Assembly (NCBI GenBank): GCA_051362555.1
Contig: CM120645.1
Span: forward strand, 15,686,001 to 15,750,000
Reading direction: 5' to 3'
Length of the DNA stretch: 64,000 nucleotides
From: Lingula anatina
Lineage: Eukaryota > Animalia > Brachiopoda
Part shown: positions 22,602-37,200 of the stretch, piece after piece
Layout of the letters: every line of letters begins with the position of its first letter
How positions within the stretch are numbered: position 1 is the first letter of the stretch
Program-made: the position numbers and the translations under genes
Notes under the pieces: generated by a model
Databases searched by the model: none
What the model saw: the letters and a program-made list of their open reading frames with translations, nothing else
What the model was told of the DNA's origin: nothing

Positions 22602-25045
22602 GTCTTCCTTGATCGAATCGGCCTCATATTCACAGTCTCAACAAAAGTTATTACCTCTTTGGTTTTTTAATACCAAAATAATGATGGTATTCATAATTCA
22701 AATAATAATTATTTTCCAGCCCAGTGCTACAGTAAAAAAAAAATTCTCACTATACTATGCATGTATCTCCCTTATCTGTCATTTTAAAACGTGTGAACCG
22801 AAATTTAGAATTTACTGGCAGATACCAGTATAACACATGTACACTGTTCTCGCACTTTTGTCCCACCGTCCTAATACAGTATTCCAAAAGGCAAAAGTCG
22901 GTCTTGCCAGTTGGTATTGGTCTATACGTAATTCAACTTTGCATGTTTAATAGAGTTCTAAGATGGTGCACTTTAATATTTGATTCGGTACAAAAAGCCC
23001 AGAAATGGTACCATTAATTAACAAACTATCTCAACAAAAACTTTTTGAATCTAAGGGGGATGGTAAAATCTAGGTCTTATTTTCTTTGTACCTGAGGGTT
23101 GAATTAAAAACAAACCAAACACTTGTTTTCCAGCCATTTATTGTTCATAGGCCATGAAAAGCCAAAGACCCAAAAAGTAATTAATGAATATAAAACTGTT
23201 AAAACTGGCTTGCAGCTTGCAATATATAAATTTGGCCTTGAAGATTGTAGCAACTAGGTATAAAACTATTGGCCGAGCATTCTACATCATTCGATCCATC
23301 TAAACAACTTATCTATCCAAAGTCCTCGCTGGCTCCTATGATTTACAAAATGTACTCATAAAAATTGCTTTCTAGTTCTGCTGGGTGAAAAAGGATCTTG
23401 ATCATTAAGCTGCATTTTTTTTAATAGTGCGGAGATTTTTAATAATAAATAACATACTCGGTGTTCGGAAAGTTTATGAACTGTGATAAACTTCAATCTA
23501 CGAGAAGGTTGAAAAATGCAAAAATCAAACTAAAAACTGTCAATAAAATCATTTTAAAATAACACATTCTGGTACATTATATTATTACCTCCGACTCCAA
23601 TTTTAATTCTAATTTATTAAATCAGGTTTTCATTCATAAATAATACAGTTTCTCACTGCAAAAGCAGCTATGCTGAATTGAAGCTTTCTTGTTCCATGAT
23701 TCAGTTTATTTTTAAAAGAATAAACAACAACAATCCAACTTACATATATCAATAAGATGCATATTATAAGCCTCATGAGCATATGGTCTTTGCCAGATAT
23801 ATTACCTGTAAATATCCTTAATATTAAATTTCAAAATTTTGCAACCTCTAATACCTACAAAAATGATTATTAGTATCACGGCCTTTCAATAAAAACATGC
23901 AGTGCTTATATGAATTGTTAGACATTTGCTTGAGAAAGAATATTGCCTTTGCCATGTTTTGAGATATATTTATATGTATATATGAATTTATATATGAAGT
24001 ACTAAACCACAGGAGCATATGAAGACATATATAAAGCTTGTATATGGCAGAAGTGTGCAGTACCAGGGCCACCATCCAACATGCTTAAAGCAAGTTATTT
24101 ATGTGGATTTCTTCCTCGAGATGCATCATCACAGAGCAGCCATCTTCCCTCGGTTTTGATTCACTGACTGTTGTGTTTCAATATTCTCCAATGTAAAAAA
24201 AAAGTCAACATTTCCTGCTTTAAGAAATGATCATTTTTTGTTTCCTGCATCATAATTTTTTTCTGTCAGTTTTCTTGGTTTTGCTTTAAAAAAAAGGACA
24301 GTTGTCTGAAAAATCTAGATACATGTGGCTGCATACCGGAGACAGCACTCTGTGTGAAAAAATCCTCCACAAAATTCAAGACCACATCTGCTGCATAAAT
24401 TGTTCTTCTTCTTAGAAGCCATTTACAGCAACTGTAAAAAAAGTGCACACAAACCACGTTAAATGTGCCTTCTCATCATAAAACTGAAACCTTTTTAATT
24501 CCTTTTTCAAACCAAACATACGGAGTATGTTCTTAGAGCTTCAATCATTATGCAAAGCATAAATGTCAAGTCTTTAATTTTTTTTATTTATGCAGCAGAT
24601 ATGAGCGAGGAATATGGTGGTCCCCTGCACACTCTCTATAACGTGGAGATATCATAAAGATCAGGACTCCTAGCCCGCAATAATAATACACCAGATTTGG
24701 TGTTAGCCTGTAAAAAAACAGTATCCACCAATACAGCAGCAATGCTAAAAGCAAATTGGCTATAATACATTATGATATAATCCAATACCTCGATCCCTCC
24801 CCCCTTGAGAAAAAAAACTTGGTAACTGAACAACATAAAACAAGCAGCTCCGCCGTATTCACTGAGTGCATTTTGTTTTTGTTACTGTTCCACAATGTGA
24901 CTTGTGTCCGTACAACAACATGGAAGTCTTAAACTGTGTTAACAATGAGCCCAGTCTACAGCAAAGTACTCGTTTCTCAACAGATGAGCAATATCATCAT
25001 AGTTTTATTTTATTTTTTTTCAATTTAGAGAAAAATGTCGAGTGC

Positions 25046-25239
25046 TTATATCACGTCAATCGTGAAGGGGCTGCCTGGTATGTGATCTTCGCCCCACTTC
25101 ACCATAAGGAGGTACTGCCCTTTCTCTTTGACGCTATAGTTAACGGTGTATGTGTTCCTGCCTGTGAGACGGATGTTAATTTCTTCACACGGCGCTACGC
25201 CCTTAGGACCCATTACTCCCACAAACAACATGTTCTGAC
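25046..25239 (-). CDS. FLN: Filamin terminal exon (Ig24 dimerisation domain)
   Basis: [12 protein letters not shown]...[20 protein letters not shown]; AG acceptor. Confidence 0.95.
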
Positions 25240-28200
25240 CTGTAATTTACAATAAATTCACACAGTTAGCACCATCATGTTAAACCACCCATCAACAAAA
25301 ATATACACAGCACATATTATATGACATGATTAAAAATGGGCTCCACTTTTTTGAAACAAATATGTGCTCTGATGATACAATAAATTCCAGCATGAACAAA
25401 CTGCAATCAAAGGTATTTAAATAGCACACATTATCTTTGTCAAAGACACTTAACTGTACTTAAATTATGTAATTAGGTGAAAAAATTCAGTTTATTTCAC
25501 ACATTGCCATATTCTTATCAATATAATGGTCATACAGCAAGTCAGACATGTACTTGTTACCACAAACGGCATCAAGTCTCACAAATAAGGTTGGATTTCA
25601 TACAAAAATACTAGTGCTCAAAAAAAGAAGGGAATAAACAAAAAACTGATAGATCACTCAGGAATTTGTGAGAAGGCACGTTTGAGAGTAGTCACCAATG
25701 AATAGGCCTCGCCAAATGTCATTCACGAGAGTGGACGACTCACCTGCATCCTTGGTGTCCACAGAGAATTGAGCCTTCTTGTTGACCATGGCTTTCTTCA
25801 AGCCGTTGCCCTTGGCAGTGACCTTGTTGGCATCTGAGGGGAAGTGTGGGATTCTCAGGCGGTCAGCGCCAGTCTTTGTGGTGGTCTCCATACGCATGGA
25901 TGTGTGCTCTGTCACCTGTGAGGGTTGACCTGGGCCTGGAAAGTACAGGGATGAAATAATATACATAAATAAATATATTCAGAATGAATAAATATAGCCA
26001 AACATGTTGGCTTTTTATTTTCCTTCTCTTTTCCCCTTGAAGCCAATAAAATATATTTAGATATAACCAGTTTTGGATTAATTCCCAATATGTAGAGCAG
26101 GGCTGTTCATTAAGCCTGAAAGGTAGAGTGATCAATTTTAAAACAGGCCTTTCAAAAAATAAAGGTGCATGTACCAACATGCCTTATGGCATGCTGTTTA
26201 TCATGATATTAACATAATTGCTTTAAAAAAGTTATTCTTTTACATCAAGCAAATATGTATACACTGATAGAGATATGATAACTTAAACAAATGAGATCAT
26301 GTCACTTTAAAATTCAATATGTATCTATGATGGAAAAAAAAAGTGATTAATGATTGAAGAACATCAGTTGGCTAAAAGAAACCTTTTCAGACTGAGTTAA
26401 TGTCATGTTGTAGTATGCACCATACACGTGCCCACCATGTGCAAATTAACTTACAGTATTTAGTCCACCTTTTCTTAGGACTGTCATCCTTGTGTTCCTG
26501 GACTGAGAATGTCCATATTACATAGTCCTGCTTCATTGTTATAACTCTGTGTACATAAACTTAACCTTAATGGCCTTGCGATGTTCAAAATATGAAATAA
26601 CTTTTGGCAAAATCCAAGAATCCAATCCAATCCAACCGATTCCTTTCCTTTTTCACTTCAAGGTAAACTGTATCCAATATTAAAATGTCTCCATTAAAAC
26701 CTATCCTGCTTATCTTTCCAGCCTTCTCTGTTTATTTAGCTTATAAAATAACCCAAATCTGCCAAACTCTTGTGTTTCAAGGCAATTGATTCTATAGTAA
26801 TATTACATAGAGGATACTCGTAATCCAGTTTTAGTAAAATAAATATATTGGACTAAAAGAGAACTGCTCTACTGCCTCCACAATGTTCTTTCCACAGCTC
26901 AAATACATACACACATCCTAGTTACCCAACTGGTATTGATAAAAACTGATAGTCAACTTTTATCACTCAGTGAAATCAGTTATTTGTGTGGTTTCCGTGT
27001 CCTACAATCTCCTCAGCTGTGTGAGTGTCACTGAATTATAATGGAGACAGATTCATATCTGAGAGATCACAAACTCGGATACAATATAAGCCAGATGGTT
27101 GTAACTCAGCCAACTGTTTATATTACCTGCATATTTTCAACTGATTACGTAGGGGAGTTCACACCATAGGTAATTCAGTTACGACCTGAATCTGCTTTAT
27201 GCTATTAAATATAAATGGTTCATGGATGACACCATTTGAAATATAGGTACATAGCAGGTGGTAAAGCATGTAATCTCAATCTCATGCCAATGCAACCGGT
27301 TTAATGGAGACAAAATGTGTACCGTTCCAGACTTGGACTTGTGTGAACGGTGACATGTTGTATGAGTCAGAGAAGTCAAGTATACACTGTGCATACTGTT
27401 TGAAGGCACAGCCTGCTGATTTCTCCTGCTTTTTATTACAGTATCGCCCATTTTGAACTGAGGTAATAAATGACTCAGGTCTGTTGACAGAATGGGATTA
27501 TTACCTGGTGTACCTTGAGAATGTCGGAATTTAATATGGCAGCAACTATAAAAGAACTGTTATACTCTTTAAAAACTGTGATAATGGAGTACTGTTATGA
27601 AATCAGAGTATTTGCCAACATATGATTGTTTGTAAGGAAAGTTTGTATAATAATGTCATCACTTTCTTTTATTGGTAAATTTTATGCAAAACTGGCTTTG
27701 GCTGATAATTTTCTTCAGCAACACTGTTTTTTAATGTACAAAATATCACTTTATGTCTTAAACAGGTTATGAACGATGTGGGCAAAAATGCTGGCTTTCT
27801 CTTTTTCCCCTGAAGTCAAATGTGCCTTGCCAATCTTATCATATAAATTTCTGTTATCAAAAGCTCATTTATCTTCTGAGATTAGGTGACACATGTAGAA
27901 CAAGTTTATTCCACTCCATATTTGGTTGCTACACTGCCAAATTATTTTGTCATGTAAGCTATTATTGTACCAAATAGGTCAGCAATTTTACAAGTAGTCA
28001 AATATTATGAGGCATGAGAGTTGAAGAAAAGAGTATATTAGTCGTTTCTTTCTTTTCTGAAAAATACTGTGATGATTTACAAACAAATTTTATCAAAATA
28101 ACTATGAAACGTACTTTATATAAAAAAAAAAACTGCAAATGTTAACATCATAGTATCATAAATTTGATGATTTAATTTGAGATGTCATTTTTCATTTACA

Positions 28201-31200
28201 ACCAGTCTAGACAATTCAATATGTATTATTTAATGTTAGATAAACAATTTTTCAGTCAATATTAAAATTCACCAAAAACTGAAGTGTACATGTACTTCAG
28301 ACAGCAGATAAGTTGAACCTGCTTTATTTTCAACCAGTGCATTTAGCGCCCTATCCAGAATAGGGGACTAACTAGTCTGAGAGTTTAATATGGCTAACCC
28401 ACTGAATACGGGATATCCATTCAGCGTCTATTAGCAGATTAGATGGCAAGCTTTGTGGTGGGTCACCATCTTTGACCCTCAGACCCCCTTTTCTGAATGG
28501 GGCCTAAAATGATGACAACCACTGCATTCAACATCTCAACTACTGCATTCAAATATCAAATTCAGTGTTCCTTCCAGAGACTAACAACATCTGGTCTTTC
28601 CTTTTCAGTAAACTTGTGATGAATATGAGTATTTCTTGTAGGATCATGTAAACGGGCTTCCAACAAGTATTCTGCTATCAAAACAAGAAATCGGACATTC
28701 CTAGGAAATTGGGCGGTACGTGTCTAAAACATGCTCATGTACAAGGATGTGGAATTCGGATTCTTATCTCAAATGGTCTTTTAATTAGGTTTCTGGGATT
28801 ATGACTGAGCTTGCTCTCTACATGTACTCCTTCAGAGAGGAAAGGTACTAAAATTAAACACGACTTGTATCTTGACTCAATATTCATACTGAGTTTTGCT
28901 TAAAAAAAAAAAAAAAAAAAAAACTCCTAATTTTAGTACCAAAGTTTAGCGATCATTTCGTATGCGGATCTCTGGGTTTCAAAGGTTGGTTCTTATCTAG
29001 AATACCTCCACCCAATTACCACACATACAAGAGAGGTTCCTGTGGTTAATGGTACCCTTTATCTGTAACATCCACCTTGAATGAGATAAAAATACCTCTG
29101 AGGTAACCAACCTCATGAAAAGACTGGGCTAGTTTATCTCATTTTGAGCATGAAGGTTCCTTGTGTACTTTCTTGTGTGTATTAATTCTAAAGTCTGCAT
29201 TGAGGTTTTACATGTGTGTAGCATAACCATTTTAACATTGGAGATGTATAATTACTGCAAAACTAAAAGTACTATTAAGGTCACGGTCAAAATTAATACT
29301 GCCATATCATAAATTCAGGAACTATAAATCATTAGTATCAGCCCTTTTTGTTAAGCAAGACATCTAAGCTGTGCTATTCACAACATTTCGTTTTACTTAG
29401 ATTGCAGTAATTGTATCACTGGATATGTTCAATGACATGATCAGAAATGTCAATCCTATGTGGTGATATTAAGTGTTGCTTGATCCATTATCTCATTTGT
29501 TACATGGTTTGTAGTTATGAAGAAATCTGTCCATAAGATGATTTTGTCACAACTACAATCTTTTTGTGACCTGAACAACTTAAGAACTTCTACTGTATGA
29601 ACTTCAAAACGTGGTACACATAAATAAAGGCAACATTTTGGTATTCATAGAAAGAAGTGGAATAACGGAAACTTAATAGTTGTTTTTATCATCATATTAC
29701 ACATGATTTGTCCTATATCAGCCACATTACCTGTAATATTAGCCTTGAATGGACTTCCTACAATGTGGTAGTTGCCAGCAAACTTGATGGCGATAAGGTA
29801 ACCTCCAGGGGACGTGGGCGTGTATGAGAACTCGTAACCCTCTTCTACCTCTTTGCACTGTAGATCTACTTTGGATGGCCCATCTATTGTCACAGACAGG
29901 GCACCTGCTCCTGCATTCATTGTATTCACAATAAACTTAGCTACTTTGTCTGAAAAAGAAAACAGATAATATATATATATAATTATGTATACTGTAAGTC
30001 ACCATTTAGTTTGGCTGGATAATAGAAGAACTGGAAAAAAGAAAAAGAGAATTTCCCATGCAAATCTGATAAATGTACAATTAAAGTACCTTGCAAACAA
30101 TGACAGAGGCCTCCAAAATGCTGAGCCTGACTCTATTTTATTTAAATAATTCAAAGATGTCAGCTTTCTGGTCCAAAAGTACATATAATATCTGTTTACC
30201 TTCTGTCTTTTAGCATGCCAAAGATAAATCCACCTGAACCTTTTCATACCAGGTCTTCTTTATTCCATAAAGTAAGCTAGACAATTATAAAATGTTGAAT
30301 ATGGCAGCACTTAAGAGAACTTACTTGTCTCTCCCTTGACCAGTCCCTGACCATAGGCCTGAACCATGCCAGGATCAGCGTCCAGTTTGCCTACCATGAC
30401 AACAAATGGACTGCCTGGGATGTGGTTGCCGTTGTATAGCACATGGATGTAATGGCGGCCATTTTCTCTGGGGATAAACCTAACAGCATAGTGGCCTGGA
30501 GGTGAGAGACAATAGATAAAAAAGTGTCGAATTAATGTAAAAGTAAAGTTTTAAAACGTGAAGCAAATCTTCTAAACAACATCGATAAATATATGGCATA
30601 GTGATGCAGACTTTACACTTAACAAGTGTGGCTTTAATTTTGGTTACTAGTCAACAATGCTTTCCACCCCCGTTTTGTTTGAGTAGTTTAAAATGTAATC
30701 TGTTAAATAAATATCCATGCATTCCACTAGGTGCTAAGTTGGGTTCAACTTGGCAAGTTTGGAAAAATGCCCTTGCCTTCATCAATCTCTTGGATGAACG
30801 CATTATCTTCGGCACCAGATGGCGCAGTTACTCTGGCTTCAAGACGTCCCACCTTGGCTTCATTCAAGTTAACAGAGAATGTGCTTGGTTTGCCAATCTG
30901 AGTACAGAAAGGAAAAAAAAACATGAAACCAAATGAAAGTGCATTTGATACAAGACCAGTGACCACTTATCTGAATTTGAATCTTTGTATTTCCTTTAAA
31001 AAAAAATCACAGGTTTTTACAAAAATTATGTACTGCATAACATTCAGGCTATTCCATAAAAATACAGTATCAATTAAAAAAAAAAAAAACTTGAAAAACT
31101 GTGATTGAATTTTAAGCCAAATCTCTTTGTACTCCGGGTTCGCCCTAAATTCTGGTAACTCTTCACATCCAAGTGTGTCCCACTTATCAGGAAGTAGTAA

Positions 31201-34200
31201 CCTATTAGACTCTTACCACAAGTCCCGCCTGTTCTAGACTTGCTACAGTGACCGTCTTGGCCTCTCCACTGGAGGCTGACATGTACACTTTGAATGGAGA
31301 GTCAGGGATGTGCTCATCATTAAACTTGATAGACACCATGTATTCACCTGAAACAGATGGAATTTTTTTTTCATTTTGTTTCTGTATTCTTTTTTTTTCA
31401 GAATATTTTTTTTTTTGTTCACAATAAACATCCTGAAGATTTAAATTTTTTTGAAGAAAGTATAAATCATAAGAAGTACTTTCATCTGTAATTGGCAGCA
31501 CATATAATTGTTAGTACATTTTTAAATTCAAAAATTGAAAAAACTTACTTATTCATACAACAAAAATGAGCCTGCATGTAGATATATTACATAAAGCTTC
31601 TCACTTCTTCCAATCCTCACTTTTGTCAAACTCAAATGTAAAACACAAGTCCATACATCAAATCATCCATGTACTTTAGAGCTTATAGTTAATGCACAAC
31701 AATGTCGTACCAGGTTCTGTGCACTCGTAGGACACTCCACACGACCCGTCCTTGCGGTCTGCAAAGTCAATCTCTGCCTTGGATGGTCCTTCAATTGCAA
31801 TCGACAGACCTCCAGCACCTGCCTCACGTGTGTAGATGTTGAATTCGCCTGAAATAGACGTAATAAATGTTTTCAGTTAAACTTTTAAAATACGTACCGT
31901 GCTCAACATTTTGGGGGTACTTTACTACATCTGATTACCCTTTTCCTTCTTTATTTTGCATGAATGAAAAAAGAACGGTTTTATAATCAACATTTTCAGT
32001 TAGGTAATAGTTCAAAATACAATTAGATTGCCTTTAATCATTTACAGCAATATTCTGACAGTTAAAATTAAGTGAAACATGTTTATTTCTTTAATTTACT
32101 CATCACATTTCAAATATCAAATTATTTGCATTGAAACATAGGTATGATGCCATACAAAGATGTGATAATATATAATTATAATACTTACATTTCTCGTTGA
32201 CCTCTCCCTTCTCCAAGCCAGGGCCAGCAGCATGAACCTTGTGTGAGCCGCCTTCTGTGATAGGACCAACTGTGAACTGGAATGGGCTGCCTATTTTGGG
32301 GAAAGGAGAGGAGAAACAATGTAAGTGAGAAAAACACGCCCCTCTTATTCCCCTATATAAATGGACTTTAAAATGTACTAGTTTTACAAATGAATATTTC
32401 AATATGTTGCATGATGTATAACTTTAAAATAACACATTCATTCTGCTTCTCACTCTTAGAAACACTGGGATCATATATATAACAAATTCACATTAAAAAC
32501 AAAGATCCATCAAAATACATGCAAACAGAATGCAAAAATATACCGGCTAGAGTATACATAACTATAATTGCAAATTGACTGAGTGAGCTTTCTTACTAAC
32601 CAGGTATATGCATATCTTTGTGTTTCACGCTAACAGTATGGACTCCCATTTCCTTGGGGATAAACTTGATGCTATAGTGGCAGTCGTCCAAGTCGATGAT
32701 TTCACACAACTCGGTCACTCCAGATGGACTGGTCACTGAGGCATTCATGTCCACAGGGCTGGAGCCTACAATTACAGTACAATAACATGACAATGTGATG
32801 GTACAAAACTATGTGTGAAGATACAATTACTGTACAATACCATGGCAATGTGATGGTACAAAACTATGTGTGAAGATACAATTACTGTACAATAACATGA
32901 CAATGTGATGGTACAAAACTATGTGTGAAGATACAATTACTGTACAATAACATGACAATGTGATGGTACAAAACTATGTGTGAAGATACAATTACTGTAC
33001 AATAACATGACAATGTGATGGTACAAAACTATGTGTGAAGATACAATTACAGTACAATAACATGACAATGTGACAGAACAAAAGAGTGTGAAAAGATACA
33101 ATTACAGTACAATAACATCATTATGTGATGGTACAAATGTGTGTGAAGATAAAATTACAGTACAAAAGCAATACAGTTAATTTTTTTTATAATAATCAAA
33201 TTACACATATACATCCATATTGAAGTATGAACTTCAATAAATTAACAGATTTCAATTTATTCTTGTCAAAGATGTTGTCTCCATTCTATCATGTTGCCAC
33301 AGATTATGCAACTGTTCAAGATTTAAGGTCACTTTACACTAACTCCTCATAGGAAATCTTAATCAAACTTGTCCTAAATTTTAGCCAAGCTCTGATCTTT
33401 ACCTGGGATCTTAAGGCTAAGTTCACACTGGCTCCCGACATGTGTGACATCCACGGCCTGCGCCTGGCGCATGATCTTCTCCACCAGCTTGTCTGATGGC
33501 TCTCCGCGGATCTTGACAGCAAATGGACTGCCTGAAAGCAGAGACAGGGTCAAGGTCACACAAAGCCCTTTATATAGGTCAGGGTCATCCTCCCAAGGTG
33601 AAGGTCATAGAGGCAAACTTAAAAGGCCACATAAGTATGTTGTAAACTTAAATCCTAATTATCTGTATAAAATGGAATAAAAACAAGAAATATGCATACA
33701 TCTCTCTGAAATTATTTTATCTTCAAACCTATGGTTTACTTATAATATGACAAATATGTCTTATCTTAACCATAATGTGCTTAAATATAGAGGCACATTC
33801 ATTCATATATCCAATAATATCTTCATCTATTACTTATTATTATTAATCTTTTTTACAGCATGCCATCTAAAAAAGTCACAAATTTTAGTGTCCATCCCAG
33901 TTGAAAATATTGAACTCGAAGAATAGAATTTTCACCCATAAGAAAAATAAAAGAACTGATTAAATTAAGACTGAAAAAAATCACTTCCTGAATGAGGCCC
34001 TGATTTGATTGTAACTGTTTGTGCTACCATTTGTACATGCATTCTAAAAGAAATGTCTGTGCTGTTAATATAAAATGTGGGTACAGAACTGGACCAAATC
34101 TGTTCAGGATTTAAAAAGGACTGCAATGCATTTATAATCAGCTTGTTTTTGTTATGAAGTTAACTTGGGTTGTTCGTTGGGGTGGCTCACATCAAAGGTC

Positions 34201-37200
34201 GCGTTTACACTGCATACAGGTCAACCACTTTCCAAGGGTCTCTACTCTATGGGGCATCTAGTCTAATTATGTTCAGTGTAAATGCGACCTCAATGTAAAT
34301 GCAAACCTCTGTGCCTGATAACTCTTTACCATAACCCTCCCTTTCTCTCTCTCTCTCTCTACCTTTCTCTCTCGGCCTAGTGGTCTACTGGGTAATCCTC
34401 TACAACTATTCTACTTGGTTGTTGAAGAAAACTTAAAAATTTGCTAGTTACGAAACCCTGAACCCAAGTTGGATAAAGTATTACAAGGTTCTCAAGACAG
34501 GTGTATTCTGAAGAAGATTGAACTGTGTTGTCTAATCAAAACTGTAGTTGAACGTTTTTTTACTGAAATTCTACAGGTTTTATTCTTTCTTCTAAAGAAC
34601 AAACCTGACTTTCCAGTGAACCTTTATGTAAACCTTCTAAATTTTGAAGAGAATTATTGAAAATAAGTGAATCAGACAAATGGCAATACCTTACCCGGAA
34701 TTTCAACTTAAAATAAGAACAGGCTAGTATTAGGAGATATTGTACATATTAGCTGCTGCATATATATTGGGTGATATTTGTTTTAATAAGTGAAACAGGG
34801 CACAGTTTTTACAAAAGGAAGGTCTGAACAAATCTTTGGAAGATAGAGATATTTAAGTCAAAATACTTTCGCAAACTTCAAAGAAAATTGCCAACAAAAG
34901 TTGTTGTGGGAGACATGTATGAAAATCCCCCTCCTTTAAAGAAAAACTTAGCAGATTAACAAAACTACTTTATTCTATAACAGTAATAACAAAAAACACC
35001 TACACAACAACAACCAACGTTTCAACCTCACGTCTACCAAATCACACTGGACTGGTGTTATAACATCAGGTGTTTTACGCTAGCCTTTCCCAATTTCTTT
35101 TATTTCTTCTCTAAACACGTAAAAGTCTATCGAAAGGTCAAAGTGATTTCTACAGGTGACCCAGGGTCGAGGCTCTGTACTGAACTTTACCTTAATAAGG
35201 CACAGAGATACTGAGGCATATGTGGCAACCCAGGATACCTATTAAGATACTGTTGCTGGAGAGTGATGAAGTCAAGTAAGCTGAAGCAATGCTTTTTTTT
35301 TTCTGTTTTGAGAATTCCGAATCAGTTTTAATTATCTGGAGTGATTCTCTTATGCCTAATATCTGTGTATGTAGGTTAGTTGATGCAGAATTTCCAAAAT
35401 ATTGTACTTTTTTATTCAAATGGTCTTCTTTGTTTTATATATGTTCTTTAAATGTGCTTTTTCCACTGCTGTTAAAATAATTTGTTAGAGATCTTGTTTG
35501 TGCGTGTGTAGTGCTGATTTCATCAGTGTTTCTATGTTTACAGTTGCTGTTGTACTAAGCTCAAACTAGCATTTAACTTTCTCTTTTTTTCTCTTTTGGC
35601 AAATACAGAGACACTTCAGAATTCCTGTCTGAATAAAAAAAAGACACATTTTCCAAACTTCCATGAATTCAGCGAGAATGGTTAAAATTAGTCACACAAC
35701 TGAATTCAAACACAATCTTGCCAGTTGTGTTCACTGTGGATTCAGAGTAATAGACTGGCATGGTGGCATAAGATATGGATTTTTTTCAAGTTTTGCCATT
35801 TCAAAGAAAATACTGCACAAAATTTATCGTAAAAAAAAACAAAAAAAAAAAAAAAAAAAAAAAACATGTAAATACTGCAAACTACAATATAGGTTATCTC
35901 AGCAGAAAAGTGAAAAAATCTTTTTTGAGTGTGATCAACATTTGACAAAAAAACTGAAAATGTAGTGCTATAATGGGTGATGGGTATATTTATTTTGAAG
36001 CACGTCCAACCTTTTTGCACCTTGTTATACCAGGCAAAATGTTTGTCCAGGCCAGCACTCCTACAGAGCAGCGTCCAGTCACAAATTTGGCCTTGGCTTT
36101 TTCCAACTAAGATAACCAGATGACCAACTGGCTTGACCAGTAATCAAAGCGCACATTCAGAACAGCGGACTAACAGATCCACGGATCAAATATGGCCGAT
36201 CCACTTGAATACGTGTTGCGAAGTCCCCATATGGAATCTATTCAGTGTCAAAATGTTGAATAAAGCAGCAAGCTTTTTAGTAGGTTGCCATATTTGATCC
36301 GCGGATCTGTTAGTCTGCTGTTTTGAATGCCCCCGCTGGGCCCTGACAATTTTCTAACCTTTAAACACAGGTGATGTTAGTCACTTATTGCTTAACACTT
36401 TTATTTATCATTTTTTTTTATTAAGACAATTGTCCTAATGGAGGGCAGTCTTTAATGAGCTCCCTCTAGGTACAGAGTACTAGATCACCTGTACATTAAC
36501 AGATCATCTGGTGGCATTGTTTAGACCAAAACCGTTCTCGGTATAAGGTTAAGAGCTGTCTGAATACACCTTCAACAGTTTTTTCTTTGCCATTTAGACA
36601 GAAGAAAATTAATGGGCTTATACAGACGTAGATCTGGATAAACTACCATTTCCTGGTGTTTTAAATCAGGTTTTGATAAAATGTTCAACTGCTGGTTGCC
36701 AGGAATCTGACACATTTTACTGCTCTCAGATGCTGCCTATATATTTCACTGCACATTTTATTGGCTTTATGGATTTGGGTAGATGTAAAAATCTTAGGCT
36801 CATTTTTGGTTTGGAAAATGCAGAGGCAGATGAGGAATTATGTTACACATCCACTACCAAAATGATTTCGGGGTGGAGGGGGGGGAGGGGGCAGACAACA
36901 TTACAGCAGAAAATCCCCTACTAAAACATGACACTGTGTATTAGAAAAGGATAAAGATGGATAATCAGAAGAGGTTCACTGAAAGTTTTTATCCTCTCAT
37001 AGGCATATGATAATTGGGTGAAAAATTCATGCTACCTTTCTGGCTTAAACTTGAGCTTAGATTTAGCATAAAGCTGTGTTTTTTCTTCAACCAACAGCTA
37101 TAGTACTGAAATCATTTACCTCTCACAATATGTTGTCTAACGAAAAATAAATTCATAAGGAAATGAGGATATCCAGGTAGAAAGACACACACACTCGTAT

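Larger units (their letters stand above)
14240..23055 (+). repeat. Segmental duplication unit, copy B
   Basis: Colinear with 2299-10098. Confidence 0.9.

Noticed and set aside
32767-33165. Regular array that might be taken for CRISPR
   Set aside because: Head-to-tail units with no unique spacers, in a eukaryotic intron
35191-35419. - strand ORF ending near a gtaaag donor in the intron before the Ig19/20 exon
   Set aside because: The phase-1 frame has a stop just before the donor; at best a non-coding exon
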